A DNA stretch of 64,000 nucleotides from a virus: IMG/VR virus record IMGVR_UViG_3300042301_001121, positions 3,885-67,884 of that record. One strand, given 5' to 3'. A program made the translations under genes and the position numbers. The notes beneath the pieces were generated by a model. The model was given only the letters and a program-made list of their open reading frames with translations. It did no database searches and was not told where the DNA came from. Position 1 is the first letter of the stretch. Every line of letters begins with the position of its first letter. Below, in pieces: positions 1-8,949 of the stretch.

Positions 1-270
1 ATTACTGAGTAAAACATCATAAAGAATATTGTACCCACGTAGAATAGATTGAATATCCAAGATACAAGTATTACAAACCATACGCCTTTTTCTACCATAT
101 TATTTAATTGTATTTAGTTTCATTACATAAAGTAAGTCTTTGTTACCGTAAGCATTGGTAAACTTCTGCATAGCACCTAAGTAAGATGCTGATTTAATGT
201 TAACGCCTGTGCATAGTTCTTCGCCTATCACATAGCAAAAGTGATATGTATTCATATTATTTATTATTTA

Positions 271-591
271 TTAATCAAAATCTAAGTATTTATCTTCGTG
301 GTAATTATCTAATCCTAGATACCCAGAACTTTCATTGACATCCATCTCTATTCTTTCTGATAGAATCTCTTGTACATGTGTGGATGGACAGCTATAAAAG
401 TTACCAGTATCTTTATCGTAGGTGTATATAGCATCGAAGCTAACAGTAATCTTAAACCATTCATCAATACATGACTCAACATACCAGGTGAAGTCTAGGG
501 TTATCATTGAATCCTCTGTTTCTTCTTCGATGAAGCCTGTCTTATCTGCTTGTAGATGTATATCTACTTTCTCCCAATCTATTTCATTCAT
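271..591 (-). CDS. small acidic hypothetical early protein
   Basis: 106-aa D/E-rich ORF in a tightly packed minus-strand cluster. Confidence 0.7.
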   Translation of the reverse strand: MNEIDWEKVDIHLQADKTGFIEEETEDSMITLDFTWYVESCIDEWFKITVSFDAIYTYDKDTGNFYSCPSTHVQEILSERIEMDVNESSGYLGLDNYHEDKYLDFD

Positions 592-743
592 GATGCGTGG
601 TATTCGTTAACGTAATATTCTAAGATGTTAGCTACTCTGTCTAGTAGTTCTTCATCTGATTCTATTGCTATTTCTATCCAATCATTGGTAGTTAATTCAT
701 CTGAAGTATAGCTTTCAATAATTCCAATTAGTTTCTCTCTCAT
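588..743 (-). CDS. small acidic hypothetical protein (51 aa, below ORF-track cutoff)
   Basis: Manual translation MREKLIGIIESYTSDELTTNDWIEIAIESDEELLDRVANILEYYVNEYHAS*; ATGA overlap with the next gene; leader ATTAAATTAAATAACATG shared with 754..984. Confidence 0.65.
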   Translation of the reverse strand: MREKLIGIIESYTSDELTTNDWIEIAIESDEELLDRVANILEYYVNEYHAS

Positions 744-753
744 GTTATTTAAT

Positions 754-984
754 TTAATTGTTTATATGTTCCCATCCTTCTAACTCTTCTAGCTTTACGT
801 TGTTAGGTCGTAACCCATACGGATCAGCATCTAGGTAATAGTCGAATGTATATCCTATATTCTCTAACTCATTTACTAACCTATCTAATTCTAGGTACGT
901 GTTAGGTTTATCTTCATCAAATGTCTCAAGTATTGCTTGTACATCTGATGGTATTAATTCGGGTGTTTCAAATAAATCTTTCAT
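754..984 (-). CDS. small acidic hypothetical protein
   Basis: 76-aa acidic ORF with A-rich leader. Confidence 0.7.
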   Translation of the reverse strand: MKDLFETPELIPSDVQAILETFDEDKPNTYLELDRLVNELENIGYTFDYYLDADPYGLRPNNVKLEELEGWEHINN

Positions 985-1143
985 GTTATTTAATTTAATA
1001 TTCTAATTCTAATAGTTTCATTGCCTCTAATAGGTCAATTACTTCCGTTCTACGGTACTTTGATAAGTTCTTTAATAGATTATCTACCTTGTGTTGTTTT
1101 CCTTGCTCTATGAAGCTAATAATAGCATCAAATAATTTATCAT

Positions 1144-1350
1144 TCATAATCTATATTTTTTAATTTCTGTTAAGTAATAGTCGTACCAATCATTAAATCT
1201 ATCTTGTATCTCTTCTTTGTATGTCTGTACTCCATCTACTGGATCGTCAAACATATCATCTTCATTGTTACAAATATCTCCTGATTCGTACAAAGTTCTT
1301 GAATGAGCTAACTCAGAAGCTAACTCAATTACATTTATTTTAATTTCCAT
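1144..1350 (-). CDS. small acidic hypothetical protein
   Basis: 68-aa acidic ORF. Confidence 0.7.
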   Translation of the reverse strand: MEIKINVIELASELAHSRTLYESGDICNNEDDMFDDPVDGVQTYKEEIQDRFNDWYDYYLTEIKKYRL

Positions 1351-1353
1351 AAT

Positions 1354-1608
1354 TTAATTTTCAATTTGTTCTACTTCATATTCGTTTCCTTCTTCATCGT
1401 AATAGCAATCGTCAATGTCACATTCCTCCCATTCAGTATAGTAACATACGTCATCATCGTATGCATCACCTAGACTATCGTAACCATATTTATCAGCTAA
1501 CTTAATCGCTGATTCTTTATCTGATGCATACATTTCACCGCATCCGAATACATAACCCTCATTCATGCCACGACCTGTGACATCACATTTTCTAGCAAAC
1601 TTTTTCAT
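1354..1608 (-). CDS. small acidic Cys/Tyr-rich hypothetical protein
   Basis: 84-aa ORF with a very acidic C-terminus. Confidence 0.7.
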   Translation of the reverse strand: MKKFARKCDVTGRGMNEGYVFGCGEMYASDKESAIKLADKYGYDSLGDAYDDDVCYYTEWEECDIDDCYYDEEGNEYEVEQIEN

Positions 1609-1719
1609 AATTTTATTTTGTTGATATTGAACATTTTAAATATGCTTACCTAAACTAATACGTTAGATAAGATGTAACCCACAATACATATTACTGTGGG
1701 TGCTACCATGATTATTATA

Positions 1720-2091
1720 TTACTCTTCATCTTCTTCATCTAAGCTATTAAAGAACTCTGTTATCTCATCTTCGTATGACATGAACTCTTCTCTACATTC
1801 CCTGGATGCTAGTAAAGAAGCTAACACCTCACTTGTAATATTACTTGGGGTGTAACCGTACTCCTCTGCTATCTCTAATGATTCTCGTAGTGATGGGTCT
1901 CGTTCCATTAGATACTCCATTGCATTAGTGTAGTATATTATCTCTACCTCGAAGCCTCTGTCATTGTCTATTGCCTCATAGACATCATCGAATGAGTTAA
2001 CTTCTTCTGCATCAACATGATACATTATGTCAATGTGATTCATTTTAATTTCTTCTCTAAAGAATTTCTCAATTTTTTCTGATCGTTTCAT
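1720..2091 (-). CDS. acidic protein, possible Ocr-like DNA mimic
   Basis: 123 aa, strongly D/E-rich, IIYY motif, early-region position; function is inference. Confidence 0.45.
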   Translation of the reverse strand: MKRSEKIEKFFREEIKMNHIDIMYHVDAEEVNSFDDVYEAIDNDRGFEVEIIYYTNAMEYLMERDPSLRESLEIAEEYGYTPSNITSEVLASLLASRECREEFMSYEDEITEFFNSLDEEDEE

Positions 2092-2109
2092 ATTACTTTG
2101 TTTTATTTA

Positions 2110-2730
2110 TTAATACATATCTCCATCTTCTGTAAAGTCGTAGTCATTGTCTCTCAATGCTTCTGCTATCTGTTCATCTGATGTGAAATAGTCATATTCT
2201 TTTTCTAATGTTCTATATAATTCGCTGCATATATATTCGTATTCTTCTATGATGAATGCTTCAAAGTCATCTGCAAATGACATGAGCCATTGATGAAAGG
2301 TCGTGGACCAATGTAAGTCACCATTATCTACCTCCCAATAGATTGAATGACTACAACATTTCTCATGGTAGTAATGACCTCTATGTTTACCACTAGCACT
2401 AACAGATACATTATTTAATATCCATTGTTTACGCATAGGAGATAGAGGTTCTGTACCTATTAACATTGTATCTAAGAACTTATTTAACAGATCATCTTTA
2501 ATACCATCGTATTCAAACATCGCTCCATCTCCTTGACTCCAGAAGCCTGAATAGTATATTCTTGTCGCATCGAATCCCTTACTAGGTATCGTTTCATTAA
2601 TCCAGTCCTCAATTATAAACTCGTGCCAGTCATCATGTACGTTGATGTCTCTATTTTTACTTAGTACTTTATCTTGTACCTCTTTACTAAGTTCATCGAA
2701 CTTGTATAGCTTTAATTCTACTGTTCTCAT
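2110..2730 (-). CDS. acidic hypothetical protein
   Basis: 206-aa ORF, acidic and aromatic-rich. Confidence 0.75.
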   Translation of the reverse strand: MRTVELKLYKFDELSKEVQDKVLSKNRDINVHDDWHEFIIEDWINETIPSKGFDATRIYYSGFWSQGDGAMFEYDGIKDDLLNKFLDTMLIGTEPLSPMRKQWILNNVSVSASGKHRGHYYHEKCCSHSIYWEVDNGDLHWSTTFHQWLMSFADDFEAFIIEEYEYICSELYRTLEKEYDYFTSDEQIAEALRDNDYDFTEDGDMY

Positions 2731-2852
2731 CTTCTTGTTATGTGTTTAGTTGTTGATTTTACCTTACCTCTACCATACGCTTCGCATGTCTTACTTGTTT
2801 TGCATGACGCCAACACTACGATTGACACCATGACTACTACTAACTTTTTCAT
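2727..2852 (-). CDS. small putative lipoprotein (41 aa, below ORF-track cutoff)
   Basis: Manual translation MKKLVVVMVSIVVLASCKTSKTCEAYGRGKVKSTTKHITRR*; signal peptide with LASC lipobox; conserved leader; ATGA overlap. Confidence 0.65.
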   Translation of the reverse strand: MKKLVVVMVSIVVLASCKTSKTCEAYGRGKVKSTTKHITRR

Positions 2853-2863
2853 ATTACTTTGTT

Positions 2864-3694
2864 TTATTTGTTTATTAATTTACCTACTTTGTGTACTGAT
2901 TCCATGTTGATATTATGACAACCTATCTTTAGTGTACCATTGATGGAGTTAACTGTATAGTTACTGATTCTATGACCACGAATATCTATACCATTACATA
3001 TTGCTTTGTATAGTGTTCTCGCTTCGTCTACTGATACTTTGACGTATTGTGATGTCTCTACACATTCACCATCCCTAGATAGTCTAAGATAGTCTGTGTC
3101 GCCTATTCTGAATGAGTTAACTTCGTAGTTATAGAACTTAGTTAACGTTTCCTTGATTTGTTTAGCTTCCTTACGTTTCTTTGCTAGTTCAGCTTTCTTC
3201 TTTGCTGCTGCTAGTTTATCTTTGTACTCTTGTGGTTGATCCTGTATTGCCTTAACTATTTTCTTAATCTCTTTGTACTTGTAGTCCTTAATAATATTCT
3301 TGTTCTTAGTGTAATTGATATACTCATTAAGCGAATCCCACAAAGATAGAATACCATTGATATAATTTTCGGGCTTCCTTGCATTGGCAAACTTATCTTC
3401 GAGGCTTAGTACTTGACTATGAACTAGATTTATGTCGCATGTAGTAGTAAAGAACTGTTTGTATTGTTTTGTACCTGACCTAACATAAGATATATGTTTA
3501 CTGGTTGAACTACTGTATCCTCTGTCATTGATAACGATAGTATTATCATCAATAAACTCAGCTAACAAATAATGATAGCCATAGGAGTATATCTTATCTC
3601 CATGAAAGAATATACTACTTGCCTTACCTTGAGGAGTTTCTCTTTGTGCGAATGCATGTACACAATCTTGTGCGTTACTAAATACTGTTTTCAT
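2864..3694 (-). CDS. hypothetical protein
   Basis: 276-aa ORF with leader AAATAAAACAAAGTAAGATG. Confidence 0.75.
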   Translation of the reverse strand: MKTVFSNAQDCVHAFAQRETPQGKASSIFFHGDKIYSYGYHYLLAEFIDDNTIVINDRGYSSSTSKHISYVRSGTKQYKQFFTTTCDINLVHSQVLSLEDKFANARKPENYINGILSLWDSLNEYINYTKNKNIIKDYKYKEIKKIVKAIQDQPQEYKDKLAAAKKKAELAKKRKEAKQIKETLTKFYNYEVNSFRIGDTDYLRLSRDGECVETSQYVKVSVDEARTLYKAICNGIDIRGHRISNYTVNSINGTLKIGCHNINMESVHKVGKLINK

Positions 3695-3715
3695 CTTACT
3701 TTGTTTTATTTATTA

Positions 3716-3982
3716 TTAAATTAATTCTATTAAAAAGGGGTTGATTGATTCTGATTCACTGAATAGTCTAAGGAACTCGTCTTTATCGCAGAATACTCCT
3801 CCAGTCTCTTCGGCACATTTCATTCCTACTTCAATACAATTTGAATGTATTGGATCTAAATACACATGACCGTATGAACCTAGCCACATGCATATATGGT
3901 CGCAATTTGCATCCATTGCATTATTAATCTGTTCTTCTGTTAGCATATCTAATACGCTACTTAAATTGTCTCTTGTTATCAT
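3716..3982 (-). CDS. hypothetical protein
   Basis: 88-aa ORF in operon. Confidence 0.65.
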   Translation of the reverse strand: MITRDNLSSVLDMLTEEQINNAMDANCDHICMWLGSYGHVYLDPIHSNCIEVGMKCAEETGGVFCDKDEFLRLFSESESINPFLIELI

Positions 3983-3983
3983 C

Positions 3984-4172
3984 TTACTTTTTTTTATATA
4001 AATTATGTTCCATCATTTTAATATCAAATCTCAATACAGATAAGGCATTCAATGTGCCTTTACAAAAGCCTTCTTCTCGTGTGCCTTCAATAGATTTACT
4101 TAGTCTTTCTTCAGCCTCTTTAATATCTCTATTGATATGTTCTATTATCTTTTCCATTAGTTCTTTTTCCAT
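3984..4172 (-). CDS. hypothetical protein
   Basis: 62-aa ORF in operon. Confidence 0.6.
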   Translation of the reverse strand: MEKELMEKIIEHINRDIKEAEERLSKSIEGTREEGFCKGTLNALSVLRFDIKMMEHNLYKKK

Positions 4173-4473
4173 GACTTTATTTTATTACTTGTTTAATTCA
4201 TTATTTGTAAATTCATTTAGTGAAATTACATGAGCGTAAAACTCATTTATATCAATATGATTATTAACTAAATTGTCAATTAATAAATTCATATCTTTAA
4301 CATACATCTCGAAAAGTTCAATTGTGTTCATGTTACTTTACTTTATTACTTTATATTTATTCCTGTTACTTTCCACGCTATTGAATGCGGTATAAACCTT
4401 ATCTATTGCATGGTATTTTGAATGACAATAAACGGAAAATATCCGATTGCCTACCTTAACTTTGTATACTTGT

Positions 4474-4665
4474 TTACTTTCCATTATTCATCTCATTTAT
4501 TATCCAATCAGCAAAATAGAATGCTAATACTAGGATTTCACTAAATAGAATTAGTAACCATATTACTAGATTACCCTCCCATAATTCCCAACTGTTATAA
4601 GTTAGGATAATTGCTAAGCATAGTAAACCTACTACACCTAGAGAAAACAATTGTTGTTTATTCAT
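4474..4665 (-). CDS. small membrane protein
   Basis: Two hydrophobic segments. Confidence 0.6.
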   Translation of the reverse strand: MNKQQLFSLGVVGLLCLAIILTYNSWELWEGNLVIWLLILFSEILVLAFYFADWIINEMNNGK

Positions 4666-4666
4666 T

Positions 4667-4834
4667 TTACTTTGTTATTTTTAATAAATACGTTGACGAT
4701 GCAAATAATATTGATGATATACTAAGCATTATTAATGGTATGTTACCTCCATTCTTTCCTAACGCTAAACTAACAGCAGCCCATAACATTACAATGAGTG
4801 CATAAATTACAATAACCCTAATTAGATTTTTCAT
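4667..4834 (-). CDS. small membrane protein (start probably MKNLIRV at 4834)
   Basis: Two hydrophobic segments; the ORF-track start at 4879 lies in the hairpin region. Confidence 0.55.
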   Translation of the reverse strand: MKNLIRVIVIYALIVMLWAAVSLALGKNGGNIPLIMLSISSILFASSTYLLKITK

Positions 4835-4875
4835 GTGTTGAAATTTAAAATATATAAAACGCTTACCTACAATAC

Positions 4876-5319
4876 GCATGATAGTGAACCATGCTAAAAA
4901 AGATCTATTTGCGGCTGTGTGCTAACTCAATAACACACAGTCTTATAATTGATAGCCACGTTAAACCGCTATCCCTCTGTTAATCCGTAACTAATCTTTA
5001 CCCTTTATTAGTTCGTGTTGACACAACCCACCTGAGTAGTGTAGTATGTGCCGCAGCTTTGGATAGTCCTTATACTTCATCCACTGCCCTAGGTATGACT
5101 TACCCCGTTAATGTTTATAGTCTTATCAATATGTCAATGAATTGCATTTAAAAGGATTTACAATTTAACCTTATCTCAATTAGTTACGAACTAAATTTAT
5201 GAGACTGCACCCGCTTGAATTGTTTGTACGACAGTGACAAGACAAACGTTTATTTGAATACTAGTACATTCGTTTAACGTACCCTTTGCCCTCCTTAATT
5301 AAGTCAATAACAAAGGAGG
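4876..5319 (-). ncRNA. candidate structured leader RNA or ncRNA
   Basis: ORF-free stretch with a series of inverted repeats and a boxA-like TTCATTGACATATTG. Confidence 0.4.
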
Positions 5320-5330
5320 TTATAATTTAA

Positions 5331-5663
5331 TTACTTGATTGAATTTAGTAGTGTATCAATGTTTTTGTTTACAGTGCGGAGAAGAAAGAAAGGTACAAAT
5401 TTACCCGATTTAGTTTTAATTCCATCTAATTCACTAATCAACTTGTAAAGGTCACTGTTTTTGTTTGCATGGTCAATTACTTTGAAGATGTCTAGTAAAC
5501 GTTTATAATCTTCTTCGCTAAATTCTTCTTTAGATTTTTGAGTACTTAAAATTATTTTCTCATTGGATAACAATAATTTAATCGCATAACCTAATTTAAA
5601 ACATTCTTCTTTCAATACGTTATTACTTCCGATAACTACATTTTTAAAATTTACTTTTTTCAT
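5331..5663 (-). CDS. hypothetical protein, first gene of the leftward unit
   Basis: 110-aa ORF downstream of a TATATTTG box. Confidence 0.6.
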   Translation of the reverse strand: MKKVNFKNVVIGSNNVLKEECFKLGYAIKLLLSNEKIILSTQKSKEEFSEEDYKRLLDIFKVIDHANKNSDLYKLISELDGIKTKSGKFVPFFLLRTVNKNIDTLLNSIK

Positions 5664-5811
5664 AACTGTTTAATTTAATTTATTACTTTTTTGTTTTTGT
5701 TTATGAAGTAAAATTACAACTAAGTTTTAACACTACAAAATTTTATTTGTTAAAAAGTGTTAAATTTTATTTCATTATTTTTTTGTTTTTGTATCTCGTT
5801 TGATTACAATA

Positions 5812-5819
5812 CAAATATA
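5812..5819 (-). promoter_or_regulatory. Bacteroidota -7 promoter box TATATTTG
   Basis: Matches TAnnTTTG upstream of the leftward early unit. Confidence 0.55.
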
Positions 5820-6185
5820 CAAAGTTTAATTTAATTATAACTATAATTAACTATTTATTTTTACTAATTAGTGTAATTTATAATCATTCTAAATAAGAGT
5901 ATTATTTCTTTTTATCAATGTTTGTTTGTTGTGTGGATATAGAATTTATTTATGATGTTTGAAAATTATAGAATAACTCTATATAAAATATAAACGCAAC
6001 AGTGTTGCAATAACGAAAAATAAGATAGCAAAGTAATTCAATCCAATATATAAATGAAGAGACAAGGGGCAAAGGTCACGAATGAAACGAGCAACAAGTA
6101 AAGATAGTTAACGAGCTGCAAAGGTGGATGTTTGATTTGCGCTTTTCCTTTTGAGAAGTGGAGGGGTAGGGTATACGTGTATAAG

Positions 6186-6241
6186 ACCTCTGTGTATACG
6201 AATATGTTTTTTCAACCTCTGTAGATACGAATATACTTTTT
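6186..6241. repeat. imperfect tandem repeat, 2 x 27 bp, period 29
   Basis: acctctgtgtatacgaatatgtttttt / acctctgtagatacgaatatacttttt. Confidence 0.75.
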
Positions 6242-6777
6242 ACAAAACAACAACTTATTGGAAATACTATTTTACATTACGATAAGGGATAGGGGGTAAT
6301 AACTGCTAATAATGGGTAATAGGGATGTAATTATATGCTTAGGGATATAGAATGATTAATTCTGGCCGCTTTATATGTGATAAGATATAATGTCCAGTTT
6401 TCTGTGTAATAAACTTGACTTATAAAATTCTCTGGGCCGCATGTATAAAGGTTTTCAGCTTAGACACCTGGTATTAAAAGAGGGGAGGGGTACTAGTACT
6501 AGGGTGGGTACTATTTTATATACAGGCCGATTAGCTGAATGCTGATTGGCAAGTATCATTTGTTATGTTAGGAATATACTATATAAGTAAATTTCTTTAA
6601 AGGCTTGTTATTGCTAGATTGTCTGTACCCACTAAGTCCTAACATTTTGTTGGTAGTTTGATGGAACAAAGTAGGGGTCTATTTAACATAATATCAGGAA
6701 AAAGGAGAAGCGGCTTATCAATCATTGTGCCATAGTTAATTATTCTTAAATAGTTTGGTAATTAAATTTATAGTTCT

Positions 6778-6785
6778 TAGCTTTG
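6778..6785 (+). promoter_or_regulatory. -7 promoter box TAGCTTTG, 4 nt before ATG
   Basis: TAnnTTTG consensus. Confidence 0.6.
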
Positions 6786-6789
6786 GTGT

Positions 6790-7641
6790 ATGAAAACAGT
6801 GAATAGTCTTAGTGGGGGTAAAACTTCAAGTTACATAGCGGTTAATTATCCAGCTGATTATAATATCTTTGCCTTGGTAAGAACTGATGATAAGAAGTGT
6901 ATGTTTCCTGATGCTAAGGTAAGACAGATAGTATCTGATAGGATAGGCAAAGAGTTCATTGGCACGTTAGAGATGGATGAGATTATTTATACTATGTTAG
7001 ATCTTGAGCAATATATTGGCAAGGAGATAATATGGTTAAGCGATAAGACTTTTGAAGAGATTATTAATACTGGAAAAAGAATGGCTAATGGTAAAAATTA
7101 TTTACCTAATCAAATGACAAGATATTGCACTACTGATATGAAGGTTAAGCCTATTGCTCAATGGTGTTATGATAACACTGAGTTACCTGTAGAGATGAGA
7201 ATAGGATTTAGGGCTAATGAATTGAGTAGGGCTAATAAAATGATTGAAAGAGCTATTGATGGTGTAGAAAACTTTAAGTTCAAGGTAGGAGAAAAGAATG
7301 GTAGGAATAAGTGGAAGGAGTTGCCTTATAGAAAGGCTGTATTCCCTTTGATAAACAATCCTACATTTAAAGATACTATTGAAGAGTATTGGAAGGGTAG
7401 GCCTGTTAGATTTGCTTATAAGAATAATTGTGTTGGGTGCTTTCATAGAAGTGAATTGTTTTTAAAGCATATAAGCGAGAAAGCTCCTAATAAATTTGAT
7501 TGGTTTATTAATCAAGAGAAAGAGAATGAGTGTACATTTAAGAGTGGTATAACTTACGAAAGAATAAAGAAACATAGATTACAATTGGATTTGTTTGATG
7601 ATGACTTTGGGGATTGTGATTCTGGTCACTGTGGATTATAA
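6790..7641 (+). CDS. PAPS reductase-like (adenine nucleotide alpha-hydrolase) protein
   Basis: PP-loop SLSGGKTS, RYCT, IGFRANE, NNCVGCF, terminal CDSGHCGL. Confidence 0.75.
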   Translation: MKTVNSLSGGKTSSYIAVNYPADYNIFALVRTDDKKCMFPDAKVRQIVSDRIGKEFIGTLEMDEIIYTMLDLEQYIGKEIIWLSDKTFEEIINTGKRMANGKNYLPNQMTRYCTTDMKVKPIAQWCYDNTELPVEMRIGFRANELSRANKMIERAIDGVENFKFKVGEKNGRNKWKELPYRKAVFPLINNPTFKDTIEEYWKGRPVRFAYKNNCVGCFHRSELFLKHISEKAPNKFDWFINQEKENECTFKSGITYERIKKHRLQLDLFDDDFGDCDSGHCGL

Positions 7642-7658
7642 TAAATAAAATTAGTAGT

Positions 7659-7862
7659 ATGAGTAAGCAAACAGCAGTAGAATGGTTAGGACATGAAATA
7701 AATAAAATATACACAGAACTTCCCGATCAATTATTTTATGATATAGCATTGTTATTACAACAAGCAAAAGAAATGGAGAAGGAGCAAATTAATGATGCAC
7801 ATTATGAGGGTAGTGAAAATTACAGGAGACAATATTACAACGAAACCTTTAAATCACAATAG
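7659..7862 (+). CDS. hypothetical protein, TAVEWL...YYNETFKS type, paralogue of 61364..61567
   Basis: Shared N- and C-terminal motifs; ends inside the 23-bp repeat. Confidence 0.75.
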   Translation: MSKQTAVEWLGHEINKIYTELPDQLFYDIALLLQQAKEMEKEQINDAHYEGSENYRRQYYNETFKSQ

Positions 7863-7866
7863 AATG
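7844..7866 (+). repeat. isolated copy of the 23-bp gene-junction repeat, 1 mismatch
   Basis: AACCTTTAAATCAcAATAGAATG. Confidence 0.85.
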
Positions 7867-8202
7867 ACACCAAGAGAAAAAGCAAAAGAATTGTTTGATA
7901 AAATGTATCAGGTTTTTGTTGATGATGAAGATCAACATTTCGTTGATGTATCTAAAAGAATATCTAAAAAAATGTTATTTATTTTAGTTGATGAATTTCT
8001 TTATAAGCCAACTCCAAAACAAAAAACATATTGGCAACAAGTAAAAAAAGAATTATTAAATTTTAAATCAGGGATATGTTGTCCAAATTGTAATGAATCT
8101 GAAAACATCCATGTCAACTATGATTATTCCAAAGAGAATAAACCTGTAGAATCTTATTTATGTAATGAATGTGGTGCTTTTTTTACAAGTAAATTGAATT
8201 AA
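7864..8202 (+). CDS. hypothetical protein with C-terminal Zn-ribbon (start MTPREKAKEL)
   Basis: ATG supplied by the repeat; CPNC...CNEC. Confidence 0.65.
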   Translation: MTPREKAKELFDKMYQVFVDDEDQHFVDVSKRISKKMLFILVDEFLYKPTPKQKTYWQQVKKELLNFKSGICCPNCNESENIHVNYDYSKENKPVESYLCNECGAFFTSKLN

Positions 8203-8204
8203 AT

Positions 8205-8396
8205 ATGGAAAGGATAATTGATTATAAGGTAATAGCTTCTCTCAGTGATGATATGAAGAAGTTAATAGTAGATGTAGCTATAGAGGCTTATCTTGATGGA
8301 TTAAGTGATGGGGTAAGTGTAGAGTCAGGAGTAGTTAGTGATAACAGTGCTAAGTTCATCAGTGAGATGACTAGTGAGATAGGATTTAAGATATAG
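8205..8396 (+). CDS. hypothetical protein
   Basis: 63-aa ORF in operon. Confidence 0.6.
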   Translation: MERIIDYKVIASLSDDMKKLIVDVAIEAYLDGLSDGVSVESGVVSDNSAKFISEMTSEIGFKI

Positions 8397-8434
8397 TGTT
8401 TACACTAGATAGTTTACTGTAAACAAGAAAGAGT

Positions 8435-8743
8435 ATGAGAGGATTTACTAAGAATGGTGTTAACCTAGATGTATGTGCTTACTGTAAGTGTCCTATTGAT
8501 GAATACAGCAGAACTTTAGATCACCTTTATCCTAAAAGCAGAGGAGGTAAGTTAAGTAATGATAATAAGATGCCTTCCTGTGGAGACTGTAATAAGTTGA
8601 AGGGGAGTATGGATATAGAGGAGTTTAGTAGGGCCTTGAATGGTCTTATCTTCTATGAGCATGTTAAGCATAAAGAAAGTATAGCTTATCTCAAGAAGGT
8701 TAAGTTAAATGTAGAATCAATAATTAATAATAGAAAGAAATGA
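8435..8743 (+). CDS. HNH endonuclease
   Basis: CAYC...TLDHLYPKSRGG...N...SCGDCNKLKG. Confidence 0.9.
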   Translation: MRGFTKNGVNLDVCAYCKCPIDEYSRTLDHLYPKSRGGKLSNDNKMPSCGDCNKLKGSMDIEEFSRALNGLIFYEHVKHKESIAYLKKVKLNVESIINNRKK

Positions 8744-8949
8744 GTGAAGAACAAGAAAGGTATGAGATTACTTTAAAAGGGTTAGTATGGTTAACGCTAC
8801 AGGATGATAATTTAACTAATGAGTTAATGGATTCATTAGAGCTTTATATGCGTAGACATCATTCTAAGGGCGGCCATCCTGCCATAGTATTTAACATGGA
8901 TGACAATAGATTTGATTTTGTAACACTAAGACATTCAGAAGATGAGTAA
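8740..8949 (+). CDS. hypothetical protein
   Basis: 69 aa, overlaps both neighbours. Confidence 0.65.
   Translation: MSEEQERYEITLKGLVWLTLQDDNLTNELMDSLELYMRRHHSKGGHPAIVFNMDDNRFDFVTLRHSEDE

Noticed and set aside
7792-7863. N-terminal extensions ...TTKPLN(H/Q)NRM of ORFs 7792 and 61449
   Set aside because: These are the open third frame of the repeat and overlap the upstream gene; the true starts are the repeat-encoded ATGs.
8394-8424. Two short palindromes upstream of the HNH gene (TAGTGT-tt-ACACTA and GTTTAC-t-GTAAAC)
   Set aside because: Only 6-bp arms and not noticed elsewhere, so too weak to call an operator.
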